Below, piece by piece: positions 47,425 to 57,574 of a DNA stretch of 64,000 bases; the stretch's first letter is position 1, and each line of letters starts with the position of its first letter. A model generated the notes under the pieces. It saw only the letters and a list, made by a program, of their open reading frames with translations, ran no database searches and had not been told where the DNA came from. A program made the position numbers and the translations under genes. The DNA is from a virus, in IMG/VR virus record IMGVR_UViG_3300020392_000009, positions 1 through 64,000 of that record; one strand, 5' to 3'.

Positions 47425-48846
47425 TCAAAAGTTTAATCCAAGTAGTCCGTTGTTTCTTGTTGGTTTAGGGTCATCAAATAGCCCCATATTATCTAATAGT
47501 ATGAATTTATCTGATATTTGGTAAGTGGCCGCATTCGCTAAGGCTAGGCTCATAACCATATCGTCATGCGCCCCTACGCCCTCAAACTTACCTCTTTCAG
47601 TAATAGCAAACATAGACAACTCTTCTATCAATGTGGAAGTAACTCTACGGCTTTCTTCATTACCATAGGGAAAGTTCATTTTTTTATTTTCTAAACTCAT
47701 TTGTAGGTTGAGAATTATCTCTTGTTTCTTTTTTCTAGTAGTATTAAAATCATATAAGTTTAAATCAGCAACCTGTCGTAACTCTTGGGTAAATGATTTA
47801 GCAAAAGTGTTCGTCTCAAATAATATTACCTCCGGTCTAAATACTTGATTGATTAGTTTTACCTTCTGTATGTTTTCTCTAAACTCTACATTTTTTGCCC
47901 TGTCTACATAGATGATTGATTTATTTTCTTCTTCATCCATTTCAATCACTGTAATTACATTGTAGTCCCCATCAGTAGAAATAGCAGGGTCAATTCCAAC
48001 ATAGTATTTGTAGCCCTCTCTTTTCATAGGCTTCAAAACTAAACTACTATTTTTTGCCGACTCTAAATATTCCGGATTAAATAGAGAAGTTCCTGTAGAA
48101 ATAGGAACACACATATATTCTCTTGTAAACATTAGTGAACCCACTTCTGCCTTTCTAGCCATAAGAGAATCATAATCCCATCTATTAGGCCATAGTGGTT
48201 CATTAAGAGCATTAAGGCATGGATATGTTCTAAGAGTGTATGCAGGATTTTCTGATAGTTGAGCATAGATATCAGTATAACTAAACGGAGTTCCAATAAC
48301 TCTTAGCGATGCTGAGTGATGAAGTGTCGGTATCATATCACCATAAAACCAATCAGTTACCTTTTGAATACCACTTATACTAAATTCTTTCAAAGGGTCG
48401 TCAATGATAATCTCTTGAGGGTGAAGTCCACGAATCTGTGAACCAACAGAACGCTCTAAAATTTGATTACCATTAGTTAATGTAATATTTCCTATCGCCC
48501 AACCTCTAGGCGGCTTGAATTTTTTAAGCAGAGGATTATTGAATAGTTTATCTATATCCCTCATATGAACCATAGTCTGTTTTTGGTTAGAAGAAATGTA
48601 TAGCATTTGATAGGGAGGCTCTTGAAATACTAAATTCCATACTACCCAAGCATGCATAAATACAGATTTACCGTGACCTCTCGAACAAATTATAACTGTT
48701 CTTTGAGTATCTTTCATAAGTTCTAACCATTCTTCTTGGTGCTTAGCAAACTCCCAACCCAATACATTTTGAAAGAAGTATGGAAATGAGTTTTTAGATA
48801 ACTCCATATCCATTTGATGTTCAAAGTTTAACGCCTCTATATCCAA
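47425..48846 (-). CDS. terL: terminase large subunit
   Basis: Walker A SRGHGKS, Walker B IIIDD, VIGTP, GIDPA nuclease, HDDMVMSLALA. Confidence 0.93.
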   Translation of the reverse strand: MDIEALNFEHQMDMELSKNSFPYFFQNVLGWEFAKHQEEWLELMKDTQRTVIICSRGHGKSVFMHAWVVWNLVFQEPPYQMLYISSNQKQTMVHMRDIDKLFNNPLLKKFKPPRGWAIGNITLTNGNQILERSVGSQIRGLHPQEIIIDDPLKEFSISGIQKVTDWFYGDMIPTLHHSASLRVIGTPFSYTDIYAQLSENPAYTLRTYPCLNALNEPLWPNRWDYDSLMARKAEVGSLMFTREYMCVPISTGTSLFNPEYLESAKNSSLVLKPMKREGYKYYVGIDPAISTDGDYNVITVIEMDEEENKSIIYVDRAKNVEFRENIQKVKLINQVFRPEVILFETNTFAKSFTQELRQVADLNLYDFNTTRKKKQEIILNLQMSLENKKMNFPYGNEESRRVTSTLIEELSMFAITERGKFEGVGAHDDMVMSLALANAATYQISDKFILLDNMGLFDDPKPTRNNGLLGLNF

Positions 48847-48847
48847 A

Positions 48848-49351
48848 TTAATACCTCTTTAAAATTAAATGCCAAGATTTTTCTATCTTATTAGCAGGTT
48901 TAATTCCCCAAACCCGCCCTTTTTCCTTAGCATAATCCGTTATTTTTTTAATTATATTTTTAGGAATAGAATTTAACAGACTTGGTTCTATATTTGTTAT
49001 CTGCCAACCAGTTTTTTCGTTAGCCGCTATCCAACTTGGTGCATTGATGAATACAGCAAGTAGGGGCTTATTTGGAATAACGCTAGCACGATAAGGAACT
49101 AAATCAGTCATGTGGCCTCTAGGAGAACCTTCAATAGATTGAGTTCCTCCAACTATTACATAATCGGGATGCTCCGTCCAACCAGTAGTGGAAATAGTCT
49201 TGTCATTATCATCAACTCTAATAATCCATTTGTTTAAATCGTAAAAAGGAGGTGGTGAACCTGCTCTAACATAAGGCTCATTCGGATTATCAGTATTCCA
49301 CCTTTCTTTCATCTCCTCGAAAGAAAAAATCTCATCCAAAACTTTCGGCAT
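48848..49351 (-). CDS. hypothetical protein with C-terminal tag; weak GNAT-like pattern
   Basis: Ends IEKSWHLILKRY. Confidence 0.55.
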   Translation of the reverse strand: MPKVLDEIFSFEEMKERWNTDNPNEPYVRAGSPPPFYDLNKWIIRVDDNDKTISTTGWTEHPDYVIVGGTQSIEGSPRGHMTDLVPYRASVIPNKPLLAVFINAPSWIAANEKTGWQITNIEPSLLNSIPKNIIKKITDYAKEKGRVWGIKPANKIEKSWHLILKRY

Positions 49352-49359
49352 AATTATCC

Positions 49360-51963
49360 CTACCAAACTCTTTGTCTAAATCTAGCCTTGATTAAATATA
49401 CATGGTCAGTAGTTATACCATAATCTCTACCTATAGATTCATGAGAATCAATTGACTTAACAATGTTCTCTACCTCCATATGACTCAAATCCAAGTTTTC
49501 CTCTTTGTGCATTTTTTCTATTACCAAATCTATGTTATCAAAAGTCAATGGTAAGAACCCATACACGGTTTCTTTTCCTAAAGATTTTCTTATAACATCG
49601 TGCGCTTTTAATAATTTTTTATTAACCATTTTACCGATAGTCAAAGGAGAATCTTGCTTAACACTATCTCTTAATAGTTGTATTAGTTCAAAGTAGGCTT
49701 CTCTTTTATCTCTTTCATCTTGACCGCCTCCAGCAAATAGGCTTTGTTTTTCCTCTAAGGTATTAATAAAATCTAACTTAAATGAGGAACTACCCGTCCT
49801 TGTTTCGTTAGCCCTATCTTCTATTGTTTCTCCTTTTATCTTTCTATCCTTTTTAGAAAAGTCTTGTGTTTCATCCATTATGTTAAACAATAAAAGTGAA
49901 ATAAAACCAAAGGCATCTTTATCTTCTACTCCAAATTTTTTCAAAGAGGTTGCGGCTCTTTTTCCTGCCGCAATAAGTTGGTCATTTACATTAGTGTCAA
50001 TGTCTTGGTAATCTCTTAGATAATCTATAATGTTTCTAAAATCTACTGAACTTATATTTCTAAATCTTCTACTTCCCCTAAAAAACGGACTAGTAATCCC
50101 AGTCTTATTACCTAGTAACTTATTTATTTCCTTAACTACTTTTCCACCAACAGCATTGTAAAAAGAAGGAACAGAAACAGGTAGCATACCTCTATTCATA
50201 GGCTCGTAGTAATATTCCTCAGCAGATTTGAAGAACTTTTTAAGAACTTTTTTTGCCTCGGCTTCGTCAAAGGTTTCATTAAATTTAGGTGGTTTAGGTT
50301 TGAAGGCAGTATCTTTTGCATAAGACTGTATTGCTGAACCTGCCGTTGTATCTTTAAAATCAACCATAGTTTTGTCTTGTCCTCTAGTCGCCCTTGTTCC
50401 AACTGCTTCTCTTGCGCCCATAGGGAATTGGTCTGGGTCACTAACCAATACTAGCGACGACAAATCATTAAAGAAATCTTTAATAAAATTAATATTATCA
50501 TAGTCTATTTTCTTAGAGTAATCTATATTATTTCTGTCTCCGCCATCGCTTCTTCTTAGAGGATAGAACCCGCTTTTTTCAACAAAGTCCCTTGTGCCAT
50601 ATGTAGAATAAAAGGTCTTATCTGCCAAAACAGAAAGGGGTAATGCAAAAGGAAATGTTGAATTAGTTCCATCGGGGTTATCTTCTATTCCTTCTACCGT
50701 TAGTGTATCTTCCAATTCATCTATTAATCTTTCAAAGTCTTGCCTTACATTTATGGTTAAGTCATCTTGTGCCAAAGCATTTTCCAAATAAGACTTTAAG
50801 ATAGTATAGTGTTTTTCTATAATGGCTACAAGTTTTATGTTTCTACTATTTTCCCAAACTAAAAGAGGGTCTGCTTTAGAAGGAATTGATTTTGCCTGCT
50901 CCATAAATTTAGCATAGACTCCTTCTCCCGCTAATTCTTCAAATTCTTCTATTGATTGTTGTAATTCATCTTCCGAAATAGTAGCGCCAGTATATTGACT
51001 ATCTCCCCCAACCGTATTTAGAAAGGCTTGCTCCATAGCCTCTTGCTTTCCACCCGAAATATCTTCTTCTATTGCTCTTTCTTCTGGAGTATCTTTTATT
51101 TCAGTTATTCTATCATAGAGACCTTGAGTTTGCATTAGTCTAATTATCAATAGAACTAACCTCGCTCCTGCATCTGCTACTAGTATATCAGTAAATGGGA
51201 AGTCTGCTATGTAAACAAATTTAGTTAGGTCGTTTTCTAAATTATATCTAATAATAAATTTGTTAGCCTCTTCATTGTTTAACTGCTTCAAAAGAATACC
51301 TAAATCTTTCAAATCATCAAGAAACTTACCTTCTTTTTCTCTAACAACATTAGTCCAAAACTTATACACAGCCTTTCTAGTTTCACCTTTAGAAACATCA
51401 ACTGCTCCCATGAGTTCGCCCAAAGGATATTTTAATTGTCTCTGTTTTGGTTCTACATCTTGTTCTTCTATTCGTTCTATTATGAACATAAGATTATCTT
51501 CTGAAATTGGATTAGACTCGAAAAGACCTGCCCCCAATCTGTTTTCTATGAGTTTCTTTGTTCTATTTTGAACTTCTTTACTAGCATTTATTTTGAAATC
51601 TTCAGGCAGTCTAGTGGTAACTAAAAACCTAGCATCCAGCACTCTACCTCTATTATCCTCTAACATTAGTTTTTGGGAATAGTTCTGTATTTGATTTTCT
51701 AAACTCACTGTATCTAAAACATCCTCAGTTGTTTCTAACTCATCTAGTGTTTTTATTAGCGCATCTCTAAATAATTTTCTTTGTTTTATGTATTCCTTAT
51801 CTGTTCTATCAACATTATTTTGTTCGAGATATTTTTCAGCCCATTCGTTTATAATCTCTTCCTGCTTCCTTCTTTTTTTTCCTCTTGCAGAAATACCGGC
51901 TATGGTTTTTAAATCCTCTTCGCTCCTTTCAACGGCTATGCCGCCACTCTCTATCTTCACCAT
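49360..51963 (-). CDS. large hypothetical protein (possible internal virion protein)
   Basis: 867 aa acidic helical ORF. Confidence 0.6.
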   Translation of the reverse strand: MVKIESGGIAVERSEEDLKTIAGISARGKKRRKQEEIINEWAEKYLEQNNVDRTDKEYIKQRKLFRDALIKTLDELETTEDVLDTVSLENQIQNYSQKLMLEDNRGRVLDARFLVTTRLPEDFKINASKEVQNRTKKLIENRLGAGLFESNPISEDNLMFIIERIEEQDVEPKQRQLKYPLGELMGAVDVSKGETRKAVYKFWTNVVREKEGKFLDDLKDLGILLKQLNNEEANKFIIRYNLENDLTKFVYIADFPFTDILVADAGARLVLLIIRLMQTQGLYDRITEIKDTPEERAIEEDISGGKQEAMEQAFLNTVGGDSQYTGATISEDELQQSIEEFEELAGEGVYAKFMEQAKSIPSKADPLLVWENSRNIKLVAIIEKHYTILKSYLENALAQDDLTINVRQDFERLIDELEDTLTVEGIEDNPDGTNSTFPFALPLSVLADKTFYSTYGTRDFVEKSGFYPLRRSDGGDRNNIDYSKKIDYDNINFIKDFFNDLSSLVLVSDPDQFPMGAREAVGTRATRGQDKTMVDFKDTTAGSAIQSYAKDTAFKPKPPKFNETFDEAEAKKVLKKFFKSAEEYYYEPMNRGMLPVSVPSFYNAVGGKVVKEINKLLGNKTGITSPFFRGSRRFRNISSVDFRNIIDYLRDYQDIDTNVNDQLIAAGKRAATSLKKFGVEDKDAFGFISLLLFNIMDETQDFSKKDRKIKGETIEDRANETRTGSSSFKLDFINTLEEKQSLFAGGGQDERDKREAYFELIQLLRDSVKQDSPLTIGKMVNKKLLKAHDVIRKSLGKETVYGFLPLTFDNIDLVIEKMHKEENLDLSHMEVENIVKSIDSHESIGRDYGITTDHVYLIKARFRQRVW

Positions 51964-51964
51964 A

Positions 51965-54088
51965 TTAACTCTCCCTTAATATCCCAACGCTTTCATCTGA
52001 TAGAGCCTCAAGAGCCTTCTTTGCTTTAGTCGAGCCTCCCCTTCCTAATTTAAATTTCCCTCCAGTAAAGTTCTCTGCAAATAGTTTGACATGGTTCTCA
52101 AATGCAGAAATAATTTCTTTTTTAAGGTTGTTTAAGATTATAGGTATATCTTCTTTTATTTGGTCTGCTATTTTTACATCTCCCGTTTCATCTAATTCTG
52201 CATAAGCATCCAAAAGACCATCAGCCCCCACTACTTCTGCATTAAGACCAATAAAACCAATAAACTCGTCTAATGATAAATTAGGTATAGTAGCGGAAAT
52301 ATCAAATGTATTAACTAACTCTACTAGTCCCTTAGTTTCAGAAATAGAGATTAAATGCTTGGAGAATACATCATCGGTTAAGCCACTTAGTTCCCTCAAT
52401 CTAATAAGAGTGGGATTGTTAAATTGAGTATCTACTGTTCTTACTCTTTTAGCAGGACTTACTTCTCCTAATTTACTTCTAGATGGGGCAAACTCAGAGG
52501 CTCTGTCTTTATATCTGCCCTCTTCTGTTCTTTGTTCTCCAATATCTGCTAATTCTTCGTAGATATCTTTGAATTGAATTACTTCTGTGGGGTCGTCTTT
52601 ATCATATATCTGAGCGTGAGTAGCACCAACGGCTGTATTAGCCATAATTATCTGTCCTGCATCATCTCTTTCATCAGTTGGTTTGTTATTTTCTTCTTTA
52701 CCATTAAAATATACCACATCATATATGTCAGAATACTCATTTTCAATGATTTTTGCCTCAGAAACACTAGGATTATCCCTTAAATAAGCAGGTAAATTAG
52801 CCTTTAATTGGCCTGTTAATCTACCAAAACCTTGCGATAACCTACTAGGGTTTTTCCTATTTTTTACTAAATCAGTAACTTTTCTCTTTTTTTGCTCTCT
52901 TGTTCCAGTTATTTCATACTCTGAAAGGTCTAATCCTTTGTAATTAGTGCCTCCGGACTGTAAAACTTCTACTATTTCTTCAATTAATTTTCTTTCTATG
53001 GCATAATCACTCAATAAGTTCTCTCTTCTAATTACACCTGTTAAAGTAGTTACCCATTTGTCATCAAAATTAGGCCTTAGTATTGTTTTTGCTATTGAGG
53101 ACATAACTAAATCATCTCCTATACCCGAAATCATAACATAATTTTTAATAAATGGCTCATTAGGAATGAATATCTTCTTACTACCTTCAACAGACTCGTT
53201 AATTACTTCTATATACTCTTTTACTGTATTTTCTGTAAATGTTTTAACAGTATATTCTAATCCTAGTATTCTATCTCTTGTCATTCTCAAAGCGTCTTTA
53301 TCAAGAGAAGTCGATGACTCATCCTTAACAAATTTAACGCTCAAATTTCTAATATTTTCATTATAGTAAGTTAAAATGTCCGGATTTGAGTTCACTAGTT
53401 GAATAAATTCGTTAAATCCAGTAAAATCACCACTTTTCTTGTATAATTTACCATCTTTATTGTTCGCACCTATCATTTCTGCAAATTTATTGATTTTATC
53501 TTCGTTTCCTTTGTATGGAGTTATAGTAAAGTAAGGGTTTTGCCTTCTAGTTATAACATATTGCCACATAGTCTGTGCATCGGGGTATCTATTCCACTTT
53601 CCTCCCTTTCCACTAAGCGGAAATTGCCCCGTCTTTGTCAAAAATGCCTCAGTTTCTTTTCTTAATCTACTTTGTTCCGCTAAAAGTTCATCACTAGCAC
53701 CATCCGGCTTCTTTTTAGCAACTTCAACCTTTCTAGTTACATTGTGAAGGTCGGTAATTAGTTTCATTAGGGAATCTTTTGTTTTAGTGGGGCGTTTTAC
53801 TCTCAATTCCATTAATTTTTCCAGTCTTTTTCTTGCTTCTTCCGGATTCAAGCCCTTCTTTTCAGAAAATTTAGCAATTTCTTCAAACAAACTTCTTCTA
53901 TTTGGTGTATCTCCGGAAAGATTATCTAAAAATCTAGAAAATTGCTTGGATTCTGCACTATTTTTGTCTGCATTCTTGAAACTTTCATAAAAATCATTGA
54001 ACATTTGCTCTCTAACTAGAGTTCTAGCCAAAACTTTTACTCTAGTTATGGGTAAGAAGTCCTCTTTTAAAATTTCTAGCCAATTCAA
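51965..54088 (-). CDS. large tagged hypothetical protein
   Basis: 707 aa; starts MNWLEILK (TTG after GGAG). Confidence 0.65.
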   Translation of the reverse strand: MNWLEILKEDFLPITRVKVLARTLVREQMFNDFYESFKNADKNSAESKQFSRFLDNLSGDTPNRRSLFEEIAKFSEKKGLNPEEARKRLEKLMELRVKRPTKTKDSLMKLITDLHNVTRKVEVAKKKPDGASDELLAEQSRLRKETEAFLTKTGQFPLSGKGGKWNRYPDAQTMWQYVITRRQNPYFTITPYKGNEDKINKFAEMIGANNKDGKLYKKSGDFTGFNEFIQLVNSNPDILTYYNENIRNLSVKFVKDESSTSLDKDALRMTRDRILGLEYTVKTFTENTVKEYIEVINESVEGSKKIFIPNEPFIKNYVMISGIGDDLVMSSIAKTILRPNFDDKWVTTLTGVIRRENLLSDYAIERKLIEEIVEVLQSGGTNYKGLDLSEYEITGTREQKKRKVTDLVKNRKNPSRLSQGFGRLTGQLKANLPAYLRDNPSVSEAKIIENEYSDIYDVVYFNGKEENNKPTDERDDAGQIIMANTAVGATHAQIYDKDDPTEVIQFKDIYEELADIGEQRTEEGRYKDRASEFAPSRSKLGEVSPAKRVRTVDTQFNNPTLIRLRELSGLTDDVFSKHLISISETKGLVELVNTFDISATIPNLSLDEFIGFIGLNAEVVGADGLLDAYAELDETGDVKIADQIKEDIPIILNNLKKEIISAFENHVKLFAENFTGGKFKLGRGGSTKAKKALEALSDESVGILRES

Positions 54089-54099
54089 ACGCTCAACTC

Positions 54100-54378
54100 C
54101 TACAAATTGAGTGCTTCTTCAACAGGTTCTAGTAGTTTTTCTAAATTAAAATTAGTAAATCGCTCAACTACCATGTTATTTTCTCTAATAAAAATAGTAA
54201 AGCCCCCTCTTCCTTTTTGTAATAGTTCTAATCTTTTATCTTCAAAGTCAATAAACATTTTAATTCCTGCTTTTCCGTGACCGCCCTTTACTGCATCGGC
54301 TTCAAGTCCTAGTTTAAATGCAAAATGCTCCATAAATTGTCTAGGTAAAAGCATCTTTAGTATATTTTTCCAACTCAT
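54100..54378 (-). CDS. tagged hypothetical protein
   Basis: Starts MSWKNILK. Confidence 0.65.
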   Translation of the reverse strand: MSWKNILKMLLPRQFMEHFAFKLGLEADAVKGGHGKAGIKMFIDFEDKRLELLQKGRGGFTIFIRENNMVVERFTNFNLEKLLEPVEEALNL

Positions 54379-54695
54379 TGTAACTTCTCCTGCATTTGGT
54401 ATAAATCGTATAGGTGGCGTTCAAAGGCATTTTTCTTACGCAGTAAATTACTTCTTTTTGGTTCTTCACTACTATTTACTCCTGCTATTATAGATTCTAA
54501 ATCTTTAATTAATTTTTGATAAGACTTTATGTATTTTCTAAGATATGTTCTTAATCCAATGTCCTCCGCCAGTTCTAAACTCCAATCCACATATTCATCT
54601 CCTGTTCTATCTTCTAAACGCTCAAGAGATTCCTTTAATTGTGATAAATCTTCTTTTAATATATCTTTCCAACTCATTGTAATTTCTCCTGCATT
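54356..54695. repeat. 41-bp direct repeat (54356-54396 and 54655-54695) flanking one tagged gene
   Basis: 38/41 identical by hand alignment; covers MQEKLQ-stop/RBS/MSWK[ND]ILK junction. Confidence 0.85.
54375..54677 (-). CDS. tagged helical hypothetical protein
   Basis: Starts MSWKDILK. Confidence 0.65.
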   Translation of the reverse strand: MSWKDILKEDLSQLKESLERLEDRTGDEYVDWSLELAEDIGLRTYLRKYIKSYQKLIKDLESIIAGVNSSEEPKRSNLLRKKNAFERHLYDLYQMQEKLQ

Positions 54696-55336
54696 CTTTG
54701 TTTAATCTCTAACCATATTTGCGGATTATTTTGTGCTAATACTTCTTGGACTATTTGCATTTGATGAACAATTACGGTATCTTGTCGCCTATGTATCAAT
54801 TTACCCTTAAACTCCATCAAGTATTTTAATGATTCTCTAATCTCTCTAGCAAGTTTAGTTAGAGCATCAATCATCTTAGGGTCTAGGTCATTTCCTAATT
54901 CATCAAAGACCTGTTCTAATCTCATATCCAACTTAGATACATTCCTAGAAAGTAAATCTACTTCATTTACTTCTTTCTTTGCTATCATCATAGCCGCACT
55001 CTCTTGAACAATAGGAGTTAAGTGGTGTTTAAGATGTCTTTGTATTTGTTGTTGTGTAGTATCTAATTCAACCGCTACTTCTTTAGTAGTAATTTCTCCA
55101 TTAGACAAGGCCATTTCTATTTCTTTTCTATTTGGTTCTACGCATAATTTACATTTAGGATTAGAACTCATTTCAAAATCTCCCATATGGTTTCTTTGGT
55201 GTTGTGCCGCAGTTCCGCTTCTCCAACCATATTTTTCATCTAAGTCATCACAAGTAGTAGTGCCACTCTCTAACAAATTTTCTAGTTCTGTTCTATCTTC
55301 ATGTTGGCACATGCCACAACGCTTTCTTGTTACCAT
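54674..55336 (-). CDS. duplicated Zn-finger/HTH protein, candidate terminase small subunit
   Basis: Two CxxC...HxxxH units each enclosing an HTH-like segment, then a helical hairpin. Confidence 0.5.
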   Translation of the reverse strand: MVTRKRCGMCQHEDRTELENLLESGTTTCDDLDEKYGWRSGTAAQHQRNHMGDFEMSSNPKCKLCVEPNRKEIEMALSNGEITTKEVAVELDTTQQQIQRHLKHHLTPIVQESAAMMIAKKEVNEVDLLSRNVSKLDMRLEQVFDELGNDLDPKMIDALTKLAREIRESLKYLMEFKGKLIHRRQDTVIVHQMQIVQEVLAQNNPQIWLEIKQRMQEKLQ

Positions 55337-55337
55337 A

Positions 55338-56729
55338 TTAATTCCTCAAAATATCCATCCATGATTTCAATACTATTCTTTCATCTGTGTTAGGTGCATT
55401 CATACTTTGTAAATCTCTAGTTCGAGTAATCACCGATTGGTTTAGCAAAGCCTTCATAGCATTCTTTGTAAGTTTGAAATTTATTTTTCTAACATCTGAT
55501 AGATTAAACATATCCATTATTTTATTTCTAGAAGTGGGGGAGAAATCAAAATTCTTTTCTCTTAACATTCTAAGAGACTGGGAAGTTTGAAAGTCATTAT
55601 CGTTATATAGTGAAGTATTCCTAAGTAAAGCCTGTGCATACCTCTTTATCTCCGGTATCTTTGCTAATGCTACTGCCTGTGTCTTTTTACTAACAGGAAC
55701 TACTATGTCTTGTAGTCCCTCACTTCTAAAATCAAAGCCCTTCTTTTTATCCTTGATAAGATTCTGCCATGCGGGTTTTCCATCCGGTGCTTTAGATGTT
55801 CCTCTTATCTTTAGTGCTTGCTTAACAAACATAACAATAACTTCGGGTGTAGCCTTACAAGTCACCATTCCAACTTCTCCCGCAGGAGCATCCTTTGTAT
55901 TTAGTTTAGTCAATCTTTCAATTGCCTGCTTTTCTTTGTTACCTATTTTAAATTCAGTTGATTCAAACTCTCTTCTTAATTTATTTACTAATAGTTTACC
56001 ATCTTTCCAAAACGCAGTATTTCTAGTGGACTTAACAAAAAAAGTTTCAAAGGCGTTTAACTTTATCCAATCTATAAAATCATCTTCTCCTATCGGTGCG
56101 CTCCCTACCTCTATTGGTTCTGATACTGCTTGTATTGCATCTTCTAAAATATATTTAAGCCCTCTAGAATCAAACTCGGAACTGGATTTTTCATTGTATA
56201 ATGCTTGATGGGGAATATTTCCGCCATCCATTGTTCCTGTAAACCAAGCGTCGGGGGCTTTAGTTGTGTTATATTTTTTAGCATATTTAGCAGTAGCATA
56301 GTGACCTGTTATTGTTTTAGGTTTCATTGGATTTCCTCTAGAATCTTTTCTAGGCTCACTAAAAACGATAAATGCGGGGTCTAGGGCTATTCCTTCTTTA
56401 CCTACATCCTTTCCTGTTTCAAATAAATCATCCAATACCTTTGCCAAATCAGTAATATCTTCTAAGTCATCATCGCTAAGATAGTTTTTTTGTAAAACTT
56501 TATCCATTGTTTTGATAGCCTCTACTGCCCCTTGACCTATTGCGCCAGCCCTTCTGTTTCTACTCTTTTCTCTAACATAAGTTCCAGTAAGATGATTCTT
56601 TAGAAAGTCAAAAAGAGTTGGAACATTCTTCACTTGCATTTTGCTACCGGAAGTATTCAAACAGGTTTGTTTCCACTTAGCATACTCATTAACAAAATCA
56701 TACTTATCGAGGTTTTGATTGATTTCCAT
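55338..56729 (-). CDS. hypothetical protein with C-terminal tag
   Basis: Ends VLKSWMDILRN; start placed at MEINQ after upstream small ORF (uncertain). Confidence 0.6.
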   Translation of the reverse strand: MEINQNLDKYDFVNEYAKWKQTCLNTSGSKMQVKNVPTLFDFLKNHLTGTYVREKSRNRRAGAIGQGAVEAIKTMDKVLQKNYLSDDDLEDITDLAKVLDDLFETGKDVGKEGIALDPAFIVFSEPRKDSRGNPMKPKTITGHYATAKYAKKYNTTKAPDAWFTGTMDGGNIPHQALYNEKSSSEFDSRGLKYILEDAIQAVSEPIEVGSAPIGEDDFIDWIKLNAFETFFVKSTRNTAFWKDGKLLVNKLRREFESTEFKIGNKEKQAIERLTKLNTKDAPAGEVGMVTCKATPEVIVMFVKQALKIRGTSKAPDGKPAWQNLIKDKKKGFDFRSEGLQDIVVPVSKKTQAVALAKIPEIKRYAQALLRNTSLYNDNDFQTSQSLRMLREKNFDFSPTSRNKIMDMFNLSDVRKINFKLTKNAMKALLNQSVITRTRDLQSMNAPNTDERIVLKSWMDILRN

Positions 56730-56739
56730 TCCTTTGTAA

Positions 56740-56910
56740 TCAATCGTTTTCTTCTTTATCCTTTTTCTTTTTACCACGCTTTTTTCCCCCATAAGTTATG
56801 TTAAATAATTTTCCTGAAACTGCCGAAGGAGAAGTAGTAGTGACTGCTCCCGCTTCTTTCTCTATACTTTCCTTATTAGTCTTTTCTTTAAGAATGTCTT
56901 TCCACTTCAT
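56740..56910 (-). CDS. small tagged protein (56 aa) missing from ORF track
   Basis: Read by hand: MKWKDILKEKTNKESIEKEAGAVTTTS...KKRGKKKKDKEEND. Confidence 0.7.
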   Translation of the reverse strand: MKWKDILKEKTNKESIEKEAGAVTTTSPSAVSGKLFNITYGGKKRGKKKKDKEEND

Positions 56911-56914
56911 AATA

Positions 56915-57574
56915 TCACTTATGCCACCTAAGCGAGAATTCCGTGTCTGCGTTAATTCCCGACTTTTTTGCTATTTCTTTAAAAAGAATATTTTGTTCTC
57001 TAACAAATAGTGCTTCAATAGAATAATAAGAAGGATATTTTAATGCTATTTCTGAAATTGTCTCAAGTATTAAAACAGTTTTTCCATTTTTATAAACTTG
57101 TAGGCCATTTATGCTAAATATTTCGTTGGTGTCCTTTGTCTTATTAAAGGTTCTTTCAATTCTATAATAAGTCCCATTTATCTCAATATTTTCATTGTCA
57201 CTTTTTTCTTCTTTAAGCATTTCTAACGCCTTGCAAGCGACACTTTCCGGAATATTATCGGGTTCGTAAAAATGATATATTAAGAATTCTACTATAGGAA
57301 AACTATAGTCTCTATTATTTCTTATAACAAAACTTTTGCCGTCGCCATCAGCAATAGGCTCAACCTCTATTATCAGTTCACCATATTTACTGTAGTTCTC
57401 ATGCCAACCCTCTTTCCATGTTTTTTCAACAACGGGCTTGTAATTTTTTAATTTGTTCGCTAATCTTTGTAGTTCTCTTTTACAATCATCATCTTCGATA
57501 TCTATATCAATATCTTCTATCTCTTTTACACGGCCTTGCGTGATTACATTTTTAAGAATATCTTTCCATTTCAT
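56915..57574 (-). CDS. constant-leader/variable-body paralog 6
   Basis: MKWKDILKNVITQGRVKEIEDIDIDIEDDDC. Confidence 0.8.
   Translation of the reverse strand: MKWKDILKNVITQGRVKEIEDIDIDIEDDDCKRELQRLANKLKNYKPVVEKTWKEGWHENYSKYGELIIEVEPIADGDGKSFVIRNNRDYSFPIVEFLIYHFYEPDNIPESVACKALEMLKEEKSDNENIEINGTYYRIERTFNKTKDTNEIFSINGLQVYKNGKTVLILETISEIALKYPSYYSIEALFVREQNILFKEIAKKSGINADTEFSLRWHK

Noticed and set aside
46057-48846. Intein or group I intron in terminase
   Set aside because: TerL is complete with its own stop; the LAGLIDADG ORF has its own RBS and no Cys/Ser...His-Asn intein ends
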